A DNA stretch of 64,000 nt from assembly GCA_964485265.1 (NCBI GenBank), contig CAZAIU010000006.1:6884-70883 (forward strand), read 5' to 3'. The stretch comes from an uncultured Oscillospiraceae bacterium. GTDB lineage: Bacteria > Bacillota > Clostridia > Oscillospirales > Oscillospiraceae. The notes under the pieces are model-generated. The model was not told the origin of the DNA and did no database searches. It worked only from the letters and a program-made list of their open reading frames with translations. This document shows positions 39,987 through 49,503 of the stretch, piece after piece (position 1 is the stretch's first letter; the number at the start of each line of letters is the position of its first letter). The position numbers and the translations under genes are program-made.

Positions 39987-40002
39987 AGCAATTCATCCTC
40001 CC

Positions 40003-41766
40003 TTATTCATTTCCCGCAAGAACTGCGGAAACTGCCTCGTCAACAAGCTCAATAAAATGTTCCTTGGTCTTTCCCTCGCCCAAATCGAATTTCATTCTGT
40101 AAAGAGCGCTGAAAATACCTGTATCAATAAGCTGATTGAGCGGAATGCTCTTTGATGCGATCTTCTGTGCCTCCTCATACAGGTGCAAAATAACCTCAAG
40201 CATTATCATCTGCTGCTCCGGAGGCATGTAGGTGTCTGTTTTGTGAAAGGCGTTCTGCTGTAGGTAGCCCTGACGCAAAACCTTTGCTGTTTCAATAATC
40301 AGCTTTTGGTCGTCGGGTAAAACATCTGCGCCGATGAGCTTTACAATTTCCATCAAAGAGCTTTCCTGTGCAAGGATATCTATGACCTGCTGACGCATTT
40401 TCGTAAAGCCGCTGCCGAAGTTATCCTCATACCACGGCTTTAAATCCTTGAAATACTCAGAATACGAAGTCGTCCAGTTGATTGACGGAAAGTGTCTTGC
40501 ATATGCAAGGGAACGGTCAAGCGCCCAGAAGGTACGTATAAAGCGCTTTGTATTCTGAGTAACAGGCTCAGAAAAATCGCCGCCCTGTGGCGAAACAGCA
40601 CCTATAACGGTTACGCTGCCCTCTCCTCCTGAAAGCGTTTCCATGTAGCCTGCTCGCTCATAGAATCCTGCAAGCCTGCTGGGAAGATACGCAGGGAAGC
40701 TTTCCTCCGCAGGCATTTCCTCAAGGCGTCCCGAGATTTCTCTGAGCGCCTCCGCCCAACGGGAGGTGGAGTCAGCCATAAGGGCAACGTGATAGCCCAT
40801 ATCACGATAATACTCGGCAATTGTCATACCGGTGTAAATTGATGCCTCACGGGCAGCCACCGGCATATTTGAGGTGTTTGCAATAAGAATTGTGCGTTCC
40901 ATCAGCGGACGGTCAGTCTTAGGGTCGCGAAGCTCTGCAAACTCATCCAAAACCTGCGTCATCTCATTACCGCGCTCTCCGCAGCCGAGATAAACGATTA
41001 TATCCGCATCAGACCATTTTGCAAGCTGGTGCTGCACCATTGTTTTTCCTGCTCCGAAGGGCCCTGGAATTGCGGCGCAGCCGCCCTTTCCCACTGGGAA
41101 AAGTGTGTCTATTACACGCTGACCTGTAATGAGCGGTCTTTTGATAGGCAAACGGCATTTTGCGGGACGGGATCGGCGTATCGGCCATTTTTGAGCAAGC
41201 GCAAGGGGCTTTTTGTTTCCTCGCTCATCTGTTATCCATGCTATAGGGTCTTCAACCCTGTACTTGCCGTTTGGCACAACATCGGACACCTTGCCCACCA
41301 TGTTTGGCGGCACCATGCAGCGGTGCTCTATTGCCATTGTTTCGGCACATCTGGCAAAAATCTCGCCACCGCTTACAACATCACCGTTTTTAATGTCAAC
41401 AGTAACGTCCCAAAGCTTTTCAGTATCCAAAGCAGCCAAAGTTATGCCCTTTGTTATGAAGCTGCCTGCCATGTCTGCTATAGTTTGCAGCGGACGAGCA
41501 ATACCGTCATATATGTTGGACAGCATACCGGGGCCAAGCATTACGGACATGGGTCCGCCGGTAGTAAAAACAGGCTGACCCTTTCTCAGTCCGCCGCTGT
41601 CCTCGTATACCTGAACCACGGTTGTATCCCCGTTTGCACTTACCACCTCGCCGGGAATTCTATCCTCTCCCACATATACGAGGCTCATCATGGGCAGGCT
41701 TCTGCCTCCCCTGACAGTAATTACAGGTCCGTTGACACCGTGGATGTAGTAGTTATTTGAATTCAT
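40003..41766 (-). CDS. ntpA: V/A-type ATPase catalytic subunit A
   Basis: 587 aa with Walker A (GPFGAGKT) and a non-homologous insert region typical of A subunits. Confidence 0.95.
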   Translation of the reverse strand: MNSNNYYIHGVNGPVITVRGGRSLPMMSLVYVGEDRIPGEVVSANGDTTVVQVYEDSGGLRKGQPVFTTGGPMSVMLGPGMLSNIYDGIARPLQTIADMAGSFITKGITLAALDTEKLWDVTVDIKNGDVVSGGEIFARCAETMAIEHRCMVPPNMVGKVSDVVPNGKYRVEDPIAWITDERGNKKPLALAQKWPIRRSRPAKCRLPIKRPLITGQRVIDTLFPVGKGGCAAIPGPFGAGKTMVQHQLAKWSDADIIVYLGCGERGNEMTQVLDEFAELRDPKTDRPLMERTILIANTSNMPVAAREASIYTGMTIAEYYRDMGYHVALMADSTSRWAEALREISGRLEEMPAEESFPAYLPSRLAGFYERAGYMETLSGGEGSVTVIGAVSPQGGDFSEPVTQNTKRFIRTFWALDRSLAYARHFPSINWTTSYSEYFKDLKPWYEDNFGSGFTKMRQQVIDILAQESSLMEIVKLIGADVLPDDQKLIIETAKVLRQGYLQQNAFHKTDTYMPPEQQMIMLEVILHLYEEAQKIASKSIPLNQLIDTGIFSALYRMKFDLGEGKTKEHFIELVDEAVSAVLAGNE

Positions 41767-41808
41767 GTTCTGCCTCCTTGGCGGAGAAATCTGTTTTGAC
41801 CCTTAAAA

Positions 41809-42417
41809 TCATTCACCCAGCTTCAGTCCGGTAAGCTCTGAGAAATGACCTACCATATCTCCCAGCGCAGCGTCAAAGCTCATGTCCACTCTCCGTCCCA
41901 TAGACGGGCAGACAACGGTTAATCCGCCCAGAGCAAAGTTGCCCTCTTTAAATGCAAGGCTAACTCCGGAAGCTGCGGAAAGCAGCTCGTCGGCAAAGTG
42001 CATATCCTCTCTGCGCAGGTATACCTCAGCGGAAAAGCCATATCCCAATGCATCTATAGCCTTTTGCAGCAGCTTTTTAAGGTGAGGCAAGTAATCCTCA
42101 GACGAAGTGAATCTGACAATTTTTTCCTTAACCTGTGAAAAGGTCTCAGTGGCACAGTCCTCTCTGTATTGCAGAAGCGTGTGCTTGTTATCCGTCATTT
42201 TGGAATTGACTCTGCGCCCCTCTCTTGCCATAATCTCGGCAATTTTTGCATTCTTGTAGCGCTCAGCCTCCGCAGATATTTCCGCCTCAGCACGGTCTAT
42301 CATCTCCTGCTGCTTCTCCCGCAGCTCATCTGTGATAGTCTTGGATTGAGCAATTGCCGCGTCAACTATCGCATCGGTAAACGCTTCAAGCTTTTTGTCT
42401 GTTTCCTGTATTGGCAT
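41809..42417 (-). CDS. ntpE: V/A-type ATPase subunit E
   Basis: About 200 aa, with a long N-terminal helix and a globular C-terminus. The position between F and A supports the call. The start was moved to the ATG at 42417, which follows GGAGG. Confidence 0.7.
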   Translation of the reverse strand: MPIQETDKKLEAFTDAIVDAAIAQSKTITDELREKQQEMIDRAEAEISAEAERYKNAKIAEIMAREGRRVNSKMTDNKHTLLQYREDCATETFSQVKEKIVRFTSSEDYLPHLKKLLQKAIDALGYGFSAEVYLRREDMHFADELLSAASGVSLAFKEGNFALGGLTVVCPSMGRRVDMSFDAALGDMVGHFSELTGLKLGE

Positions 42418-42477
42418 AGCTAACCTCCATGGCAAATTTTGCCGATGACTGCGTAAGGGCGAAGCTTCCCGCCCAAT

Positions 42478-42786
42478 TTATATCTTGATACCTATCGCCT
42501 CGCGGATAAGCCCCGTTATGGAATCCGGCTCACGATTGGAGCCGTGACTGCCCGGAATTACCACAAGCAAAGGGTTAGTGGAGCTTAGCTTAAGCTCCTT
42601 AACTGTTTCCGGAACAAGTGCGGCGCAGCCCTCGGAAATTAGGAGTACGGCTATATCGGGATTTGCCTTAACGTCCTCGATGCAGTCCTCCAGCTCCTTC
42701 TTTGCGCTTATAAGCCGCCCTTCAACGCCGGCAAGACGCATTCCCGTCAAGGTGTCTCTGTCGTCTGAAACCGCAAACATTCGCAT
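42478..42786 (-). CDS. V/A-type ATPase subunit F
   Basis: 102 aa (MRMFAVSDDRDTLTGMRLAGVEG...), typical of F subunits. Confidence 0.75.
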   Translation of the reverse strand: MRMFAVSDDRDTLTGMRLAGVEGRLISAKKELEDCIEDVKANPDIAVLLISEGCAALVPETVKELKLSSTNPLLVVIPGSHGSNREPDSITGLIREAIGIKI

Positions 42787-42801
42787 TGTTCTGCCTCCAG
42801 A

Positions 42802-43233
42802 TTAAAGACCGGAAATTATCATAAAGGCAATGAGCAGACCGTAAAGCGCAACGCCCTCTGCCATGCCTACGAAGATAAGTGCTTTGCCGAATACACCGTC
42901 GTTTTCACTGAGAGCGCCCAATGCAGCAGAGGCAGAGGAGGCAACTGCAATGCCGCCGCCTATACCGGAAAGACCAACAGCCAGCGCTGCACTTAAATAT
43001 CCCATACCTGTTGCAAAGCCGTCGCTTGTAACAAGTCCGCCGGCAGCATCGGCAGCCTCAGCTGACTGAGAAAAGCAGAAGACTGCGCCGAAAACCAGCA
43101 TGCCGAAAAAGCAGCAAAGGTTCGTGATAAGAGGAGCTTTTCCCTTGTTTCCGCGCTTAACGCGTCGATAAATCACTACAAGAGGAAGGGTAATTGCCAA
43201 AAGCATAATAAAAGCGGTGATAAGAATTCTCAT
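42802..43233 (-). CDS. ntpK: V/A-type ATPase proteolipid subunit K (c-ring)
   Basis: The C-terminal hairpin has a Gly-rich helix (GLSGIGGGIAVASSA) and the carboxylate helix (FVGMAEGVALYGLLIAF). A GGAGG Shine-Dalgarno sequence is present. Confidence 0.8.
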   Translation of the reverse strand: MRILITAFIMLLAITLPLVVIYRRVKRGNKGKAPLITNLCCFFGMLVFGAVFCFSQSAEAADAAGGLVTSDGFATGMGYLSAALAVGLSGIGGGIAVASSASAALGALSENDGVFGKALIFVGMAEGVALYGLLIAFMIISGL

Positions 43234-43273
43234 AAAATTGACCTCCGAATTGGTTCTATTTTTTAATTGATTG

Positions 43274-45568
43274 CTATTGAGCTACCTTGTATTCTACGCT
43301 TCTGGGACTAAACTTGACGCCGCCGCTCTTGTAAAAGCGGCCGAACATTTCGTAAAACTCAAGACGCATTACCTGGATACAGACAAGCACGGTTTCAAGA
43401 CCTGTTACAAGCAGGTTTCCGAAAATCAAGCCGCCAATGCTGTATCCGCCGTCCGCTCCCGCAGACAGCAGGTACACGACCATCATCATACCTGCGTGGC
43501 TTATTGCAAAGGCACCCACACGCAGGAAGGACACTGTGTTAGAAACATACGAAAGCAGTGTTTCGAAAAGCTCAAAGAAGCCCTCCACGATAAACATTCC
43601 CACAGATTCGGGCTTCCAGTCCTTCTGACCGGTAAGGAGCTTCGTAAGCGGAGTTGCCGCAAAAATTAGAAGCAGCGGCAATACTATCACCAAGCAGATA
43701 TACAGCGGCGTGAAAACACTTTTGCCCAGAACAAGCTGTGAAACAGCCCCATAGGCAACACCCATATACATAATAAAGCCGGCTAGTCCGTTTGGCTCGA
43801 AGAAAATCTTTTTGATGTCCTTTTGCCGTATACCAGTAATCATATTCATAATCATGCACAAAAGTATCAGGACAACGCCAAGGGCAACCGCCACCATAAG
43901 AATTTTCATGGTGTTGCCGTTCTCAAGCACTTTAAAGCCCGGCAGTAGATGCTCGTTTCCGAAGATACTGCCGTATACAAATCCGAACACCGTTGCCGAA
44001 GCACCGCAAAGTGCCACTATCCTACCAAGCCACATACCCTTGAGCTTCCAAAGCAAAAGCCCTGTAATAATAAGCAGCACTCCCTGACCTACATCGCCGA
44101 ACATAATTCCGAACAGCAAAGTATAGGTGAGCGCCATAAAAAGGCGCGGGTCAAGCTCGCCGTAGGCAGGCAAGCCGTACATCTCAACAAACGGCTCGTA
44201 AATTCTGGACAAAAAGCCTCGCTTGAGCTTAACGGGCGGCAGGGTTTTGCTGGTTTCCTTCGGCTCTGTAAGGATACAACCAAAGCCGTCAAAGCTTTCA
44301 CATTCCTCAGAAAAGCTCTTTGCACTGCGTTTTGGAACCCAGCCCACCAAATAGAATTTTCCGTGTCGGTAGCCTGCATAAGAGCGCAGCTCACAAACCT
44401 CATTCATAAAGCGCAGCCAAGAGTATACCGAGAGCAATTTGTCCTTTTCGGAGGCTTTGAGCTCCTTAAGCTCCTCATCCAGCGTTTTAACCCTCGTTCC
44501 CGCTTCCACAACCTCAACCTTCAGGCGCTCAATCGAATCATGAGCCGTGCTGGGGGTGTTGTTTTCAACGTCAATGTGTATTCGTTCAAAGCCCATGGAG
44601 CCAAAAAGTCCATCAACCTTTGAGTACTCCCCGGGCAGCGCAAAATATGCACCGTATACCCACTGCTCCGTTCTGCCCGACGGGAAATAGTACACATCGG
44701 GACGGGCGCTCATTTTGTCTGTACATTCCTTGTACATATCGGTGGGTATGCGTCCGAAACGGAACTTCAAGTATCGCATTTCAAAAAGCCGCGAAAGCTC
44801 AACATCAAAGCTCTCAAAGTGGCTTAGCTGCTCAGAATAAACCAAATCCATCTGTATTATTTTACTTTTTTCTTCCCGCTCAGCCTTAATTTTCGCAACA
44901 CTCTCAGAAAGCTGCTTAAGATAATCCTGAGCGGACTCCACACTGTTGTCTTTGCCCGAAAATTCACGGAAGTCTAACTGAATGTCGAGACCTCTTGCAA
45001 GCTCACACGCTTTGGACAGCTGGTCTGAATACGGGTTTGCAGCATCAAAGGGCAGAAGCTTTTTCACCTCTGCAAGCATTTTAACCTTTGTGCCTGCCTC
45101 CGCAACCTCTCCCTTTAGGCGTTCAAGCGCATCTTGAGCCGCGCTGTCCGTGTTGTTGTCAACATCTATGTGTATCCGTTCAAAACCCATGGAGGCAAAA
45201 ATGCCGTCCACCTTGGAATAATCCGTAGGCAGCGCAAAATAAGCGCCGTATACCCAGTGCTCCGTCCTGCCCGACGGGAAAAAATACACATCGGTACGCT
45301 CACTGACCTTGTTTACACAATCCTTGTACATATCGGTCGGTATTCGACCGAAACGGAACTTCAAATATCGCATTTCAAACAGCCTCGAAAGCTCAACATC
45401 AAAGCTGTCAAAGTGGCTTTGCTGTTCGGAGCATACCAGCTCCGTTGACATTGCCTTTACTGCATTCTCCGGATGAAATTCTCGGTTAAGCACAAGGTTT
45501 TGTATAGCGGTATCGACCATATGCTCGGGTCCCGATATTGTAACCATGGTCATTGCTTCTACTGACAT
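43274..45568 (-). CDS. ntpI: V/A-type ATPase subunit I (a-subunit homolog), unusually long with an internally duplicated N-terminal module
   Basis: The C-terminal membrane half is typical (...YGLPAYGELDPR...VSFLRVGAFAISHAG...). The start was moved to the ATG at 45568, which follows GGGAGGT, giving 764 aa. Confidence 0.9.
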   Translation of the reverse strand: MSVEAMTMVTISGPEHMVDTAIQNLVLNREFHPENAVKAMSTELVCSEQQSHFDSFDVELSRLFEMRYLKFRFGRIPTDMYKDCVNKVSERTDVYFFPSGRTEHWVYGAYFALPTDYSKVDGIFASMGFERIHIDVDNNTDSAAQDALERLKGEVAEAGTKVKMLAEVKKLLPFDAANPYSDQLSKACELARGLDIQLDFREFSGKDNSVESAQDYLKQLSESVAKIKAEREEKSKIIQMDLVYSEQLSHFESFDVELSRLFEMRYLKFRFGRIPTDMYKECTDKMSARPDVYYFPSGRTEQWVYGAYFALPGEYSKVDGLFGSMGFERIHIDVENNTPSTAHDSIERLKVEVVEAGTRVKTLDEELKELKASEKDKLLSVYSWLRFMNEVCELRSYAGYRHGKFYLVGWVPKRSAKSFSEECESFDGFGCILTEPKETSKTLPPVKLKRGFLSRIYEPFVEMYGLPAYGELDPRLFMALTYTLLFGIMFGDVGQGVLLIITGLLLWKLKGMWLGRIVALCGASATVFGFVYGSIFGNEHLLPGFKVLENGNTMKILMVAVALGVVLILLCMIMNMITGIRQKDIKKIFFEPNGLAGFIMYMGVAYGAVSQLVLGKSVFTPLYICLVIVLPLLLIFAATPLTKLLTGQKDWKPESVGMFIVEGFFELFETLLSYVSNTVSFLRVGAFAISHAGMMMVVYLLSAGADGGYSIGGLIFGNLLVTGLETVLVCIQVMRLEFYEMFGRFYKSGGVKFSPRSVEYKVAQ
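44483..44836 (-). repeat. Copy 2 of the intragenic tandem duplication in ntpI
   Basis: Encodes SEQLSHFESFDVELSRLFEMRYLKFRFGRIPTDMYKECTDKMSARPDVYYFPSGRTEQWVYGAYFALPGEYSKVDGLFGSMGFERIHIDVENNT... It sits exactly 594 nt from copy 1. Confidence 0.85.
45077..45430 (-). repeat. Copy 1 of the intragenic tandem duplication in ntpI
   Basis: Encodes SEQQSHFDSFDVELSRLFEMRYLKFRFGRIPTDMYKDCVNKVSERTDVYFFPSGRTEHWVYGAYFALPTDYSKVDGIFASMGFERIHIDVDNNT... Confidence 0.85.
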
Positions 45569-45688
45569 ACTTACCTCCCACGTGCTAAATCTGAGCAAAG
45601 CTCACCAAAACGGCAAAAATGCTGCAGATAAATTATTTTTGTTATAGCGGCGCAGTCCGCCTTCGCCAATATATATAAAGGAATAAAA

Positions 45689-46714
45689 TCAAGAAATATT
45701 AAGCTTGACTCCGTAGTCGACCGCTTCAATAAGCCTTATGAGTCTTGCACTTTCAAGTTCGCTTAAGGTAAGATAAGCCGCAACCACACATAGGTTTGGC
45801 TCCGGCATTTTTATAAGCTTTCGACAAAAGTCACTCATTGCTTCGTCATAAAGAGTATCAAGCTTTTCGGGGCTGTATTTCTCAAACAGCTTCGCAAAAC
45901 GTGAGCGCCTTAAAATATCCAGCGCTTCAGTCTCACTTCTTGCATTTTTCAGGCTTTGCTGCAATGTAGGTGTCAGCCTATGGCTGATTGGCACAAGCAG
46001 CTCCTGAGCGCTGCGGAGAGAGTCGGGAAAATGCCGCAAAAGCCTTAGCAGGCTCACAAGGTTTAATATATCCGCCTGTGTGCCCAAAAGCTCCTCCAGC
46101 TTCTTTTTTCCTGTTCCGTTGTATTTTTTTGTTACATATGAGAATATTTCCGAGTAGTATCTGTTTTCCAAGGCTATGCCCGCATCGCGGTATCTCGGAA
46201 GCTGAGTCTCGGGATCAATCGGCAGAGATTTCAAGGTATTTTCAAACATACTGCCCCTTGCCGCCTCCAGAAGCTGAGAATAGCTTCCGACGCCTGATAA
46301 CGCATCCACATTTATCTTGCTGTGTGTTTTTAAAAACTCGGAAACATTGAGGGAATACAGACCATACTCTCCCGAGTATAAGCTTCTCAGTGCCCCCAGA
46401 ATAAATCCATATTCAACCCTGCTTAGAAAAAACAATATAAATCCCTTATCCTCCAAATATGAGAACTTATACAGCTTTTCATATTCGTCAAACACCTTAT
46501 TCCTTGCCGCCGACTTTAGCTTTGCGGCAGACGGGGACGCAGCCAAATCCGAAACCGCATCGCTCCATCCCCGCTGTCCCCTGAGAACGGCGGCAATGTC
46601 ACCAATGCTAGTGCACTCGTAAAGCCTGCTCCATTCTCCATCGGAAAAGAGCTTGCCGTACAAGGCAAGAACCTTTGCATCCACAGCTCCGTATTTCATT
46701 CTTGCTTTAAGCAT
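45689..46714 (-). CDS. ntpC: V/A-type ATPase subunit C (d-subunit homolog)
   Basis: 341 aa, all-helical. The size and the operon position directly upstream of subunit I support the call. Confidence 0.75.
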   Translation of the reverse strand: MLKARMKYGAVDAKVLALYGKLFSDGEWSRLYECTSIGDIAAVLRGQRGWSDAVSDLAASPSAAKLKSAARNKVFDEYEKLYKFSYLEDKGFILFFLSRVEYGFILGALRSLYSGEYGLYSLNVSEFLKTHSKINVDALSGVGSYSQLLEAARGSMFENTLKSLPIDPETQLPRYRDAGIALENRYYSEIFSYVTKKYNGTGKKKLEELLGTQADILNLVSLLRLLRHFPDSLRSAQELLVPISHRLTPTLQQSLKNARSETEALDILRRSRFAKLFEKYSPEKLDTLYDEAMSDFCRKLIKMPEPNLCVVAAYLTLSELESARLIRLIEAVDYGVKLNIS

Positions 46715-47030
46715 CGGCGTTCACCGCAATCTTGAATATTTTCATAACCACAGCATCCCGCTCACTTTCATACTGTGCCTTTGCGTCGGCAAGCTCTGCT
46801 TCAAGCTTTTCATCCAGTGCCTTGAGCTCCCTGTCCGCACGTTCTATGAAGCCTTGCTCCGCCTGCTCAATTTCGGTATCGGCCTGCTGATAATATTCTG
46901 TTTTAAGCTGATTTATATGCACACGCACATAGTCGTCAAAGCCGTCCCTTAAAGACACAGCTTCATCGTAGATAACGCGTGCTTCATTTTCAGTGTCAAC
47001 GATTTTATGAAGAATTTCAATAGGGGTCAT
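46707..47030 (-). CDS. Small acidic coiled-coil protein, first gene of the V-ATPase operon (possible G/H-like stalk subunit)
   Basis: 107 aa from the ATG at 47030, which follows GGAAGAAGGGAAG. It overlaps ntpC by 8 nt. The assignment rests on position only. Confidence 0.4.
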   Translation of the reverse strand: MTPIEILHKIVDTENEARVIYDEAVSLRDGFDDYVRVHINQLKTEYYQQADTEIEQAEQGFIERADRELKALDEKLEAELADAKAQYESERDAVVMKIFKIAVNADA

Positions 47031-47272
47031 ATTTACTTCCCTTCTTCCACCTTGGTCTTGCCTCATAATACCACCGCCTTTCATAAATGCAAATGGGAAA
47101 AATGCTAAATCTAAAACTATTTTTTACACGATTTTTTCTCAAATGCGCAAAACCTGTTAAGATATGTTAAAATTCGCTGGTTTTGCTGTTTACTCCTTTT
47201 CAATTGAGCTTTATTGTATTATAATGTATTTTAATTATACATTTTTTTAATTGCTTTGAAAGGACATACGCC

Positions 47273-48505
47273 ATGAAATACATTCTGGTCATCGGAGACG
47301 GTATGGCTGACAATCCCGTGCCCGAGTTATCCGGCAAAACACCCCTGCAATTTGCAAGCATTCCAAACATTCATGCACTCGCAAAAAAAGGCGAGGTCGG
47401 CAGTGTTAAAAACTGTCCCGAGGGACTTCCCCCCGGCAGCGATACAGCTATTTTATCCATTTTCGGCGCAGATCCCAAGGTATGCTACACAGGGCGCAGT
47501 CCCCTTGAAGCTGCCGCAACGGGAATTAAGCTTAAAAGCGGCGATGTTTCCTACCGCTGCAACATGATTGCACTTGAGGACAGTGAGCTTCCCTTTGAGC
47601 AGAAAAAAATTCTCTCCCACTCAGGCGGCTCAATTGATGGCGATTTATCCATAGAGCTTATTAACTTTCTGTTTGCCGACCCCGAATTTAAATCAGCGGC
47701 GGAAAATGCCCGCGTGACAATAAACCCGGCTGCCTCCTTCCGTCACATAGCAGTGCAGAGCGGTACGGACATCAAGGGAATTAAACTTGCTCCTCCTCAC
47801 GATCATCTGGGTGAGGTCATTGGGCAGTACCTTCCTAGCGGCTGTGAAAACGCAGCAGTGCTCCGCAGCTTAATGGGTCTTGCTCACAGGGTTTTGAATC
47901 ACCATCCCATAAACGAAGCGCGCAGATCGCAGGGCAAGCTTCCCGCCAACGGCGTTTGGTTCTGGGCGGAGGGAACAGGTGTTGACCTTCCGTCATTCTA
48001 TGACAAATATCAAAAAACCGGAACCGTTATTTCCGCAGTGCCGCTTTGCCACGGAATCGCCCGCCTTTCGGGACTTGACATATGCACTGTTGAAGGCGCA
48101 ACAGGAGAGCTTGACACAAACCTTGAGGGCAAGGTAGATGCGTGCATAACCGCGCTTGACGGCGGCTATGATTTTGCCGCCATCCACGTTGAAGCTCCCG
48201 ACGAGTGCACCCACAACGGCGACCTTGCGGGTAAGCTTCAGGCAATCGCATGGCTGGACAGCCGTGTTTTGAAGCCGCTTACAGACACTCTTTCCAAAAA
48301 GCCCTATGACTACCGCCTTCTGTTTATTTCCGACCACAAAACTCTCACCTCCACAAGAGGTCATGACGGTGACCCCGTGCCCTTTATGATTTACGACAGC
48401 AGGCATGATTTGGGCATAGGACTTCCCTACACAGAGGAAGCGGGACTCAAGGGTCCGTATCTTGAAGCAGGCACAATGCTAATGCCACGATTGTTTGAGC
48501 TGTGA
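47273..48505 (+). CDS. apgM: Cofactor-independent phosphoglycerate mutase, ApgM (archaeal-type) family
   Basis: MKYILVIGDGMADNPVPELSGKTPLQ...HVEAPDECTHNGD...SDHKT... Confidence 0.8.
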   Translation: MKYILVIGDGMADNPVPELSGKTPLQFASIPNIHALAKKGEVGSVKNCPEGLPPGSDTAILSIFGADPKVCYTGRSPLEAAATGIKLKSGDVSYRCNMIALEDSELPFEQKKILSHSGGSIDGDLSIELINFLFADPEFKSAAENARVTINPAASFRHIAVQSGTDIKGIKLAPPHDHLGEVIGQYLPSGCENAAVLRSLMGLAHRVLNHHPINEARRSQGKLPANGVWFWAEGTGVDLPSFYDKYQKTGTVISAVPLCHGIARLSGLDICTVEGATGELDTNLEGKVDACITALDGGYDFAAIHVEAPDECTHNGDLAGKLQAIAWLDSRVLKPLTDTLSKKPYDYRLLFISDHKTLTSTRGHDGDPVPFMIYDSRHDLGIGLPYTEEAGLKGPYLEAGTMLMPRLFEL

Positions 48506-48560
48506 TTTTTCTCTCTGAGTAAGCCATAATATACACAATCCAACAGAAAGGAGCGGCAAC

Positions 48561-49430
48561 ATGGGTGAAATCACAGAGCTTGCCTACGCAAAGCTCAATA
48601 TTTCGCTGGACGTTTTGTCTAAGCTGCCCGACGGCTACCACGAAATGTGCATGGTGATGCAAAGCGTTTCCCTGTGCGATACGCTCCGTGTATCGCTTCG
48701 TACAGACGGTGCAGTGCGCATTACAACAGACCTGTGCTATCTTCCCTGCGATGAGCGGAACATAGCGGCAAGAGCGGCTCGGTCGTTTTTTAGTGCGACA
48801 GGCATTTCGGCAGGCTGTGACATTGATATAAAAAAGAAAATTCCCGTTTGCGCCGGCATGGGCGGCGGCTCCTCCGACGGCGCAGCCGTACTCAGAGCGC
48901 TTAACACCTTGACAGGGGGAACCCTTAATCAAGCCGCGCTTGAGGGAATAGGCAGCAGTCTAGGGTCGGACATTCCATTTTGTGTTGCAGGGGGTACAGT
49001 GCTTGCCGAGGGCAAGGGCGAACGGCTTACTGGTCTGCAACGCTTACCAGACTGCCACATTGTAATATGCAAGCCGAGATTTTCCGTATCTACACCTGAG
49101 CTTTTTTCCAAAATCGACTCCAGAGCAATAAAATACCGTCCCGACACTGCGGGAATCCTCCGCTGTCTCCAGTCGAACGACCTATCGGGCATCTGTCAGC
49201 GCATGTATAATGTGTTTGAGGATGTACTCCCGTCAAAGCCAAACGACATCTCTTTGATTAAAAGAGCGCTCCTTGACTGCGGTGCTCTGGGAGCTGTCAT
49301 GACAGGCACTGGCTCCGCTGTTTTCGGAATTTTTCCTGATGAGGACTCTGCCGCCTGTGCAAGGTGTCTTTTGTCCGGAAAATATGAGGAGGTATTTTTG
49401 GCTCATCCTCAACCAAAAATTATTATTTAA
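48561..49430 (+). CDS. ispE: 4-diphosphocytidyl-2-C-methyl-D-erythritol kinase
   Basis: GHMP kinase motif (KKIPVCAGMGGGSSDGAAVL) and an N-terminus AYAKLNISLDV. Confidence 0.9.
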   Translation: MGEITELAYAKLNISLDVLSKLPDGYHEMCMVMQSVSLCDTLRVSLRTDGAVRITTDLCYLPCDERNIAARAARSFFSATGISAGCDIDIKKKIPVCAGMGGGSSDGAAVLRALNTLTGGTLNQAALEGIGSSLGSDIPFCVAGGTVLAEGKGERLTGLQRLPDCHIVICKPRFSVSTPELFSKIDSRAIKYRPDTAGILRCLQSNDLSGICQRMYNVFEDVLPSKPNDISLIKRALLDCGALGAVMTGTGSAVFGIFPDEDSAACARCLLSGKYEEVFLAHPQPKIII

Positions 49431-49503
49431 TCTAAATAACAGAATAAATCTCTAAAAAAGCGCCGATAATGTGTTCATAATACATATTAAGGCGGTTTGT
49501 TTA

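Noticed and set aside
41029-41760. A 243-aa plus-strand ORF.
   Set aside because: It lies entirely antisense within ntpA, whose translation is unmistakable. The composition is Cys/His/Ser-rich and lacks motifs.
43949-44623. A 224-aa plus-strand ORF, plus other antisense ORFs within 43271-45448.
   Set aside because: They lie antisense to ntpI. They arise from the codon bias of the real gene, and there is no start context.
48447-48932. A 161-aa minus-strand ORF across the apgM/ispE junction.
   Set aside because: It lies antisense to two genes with strong family signatures. The sequence is Cys/Ala-rich with no recognisable motifs.
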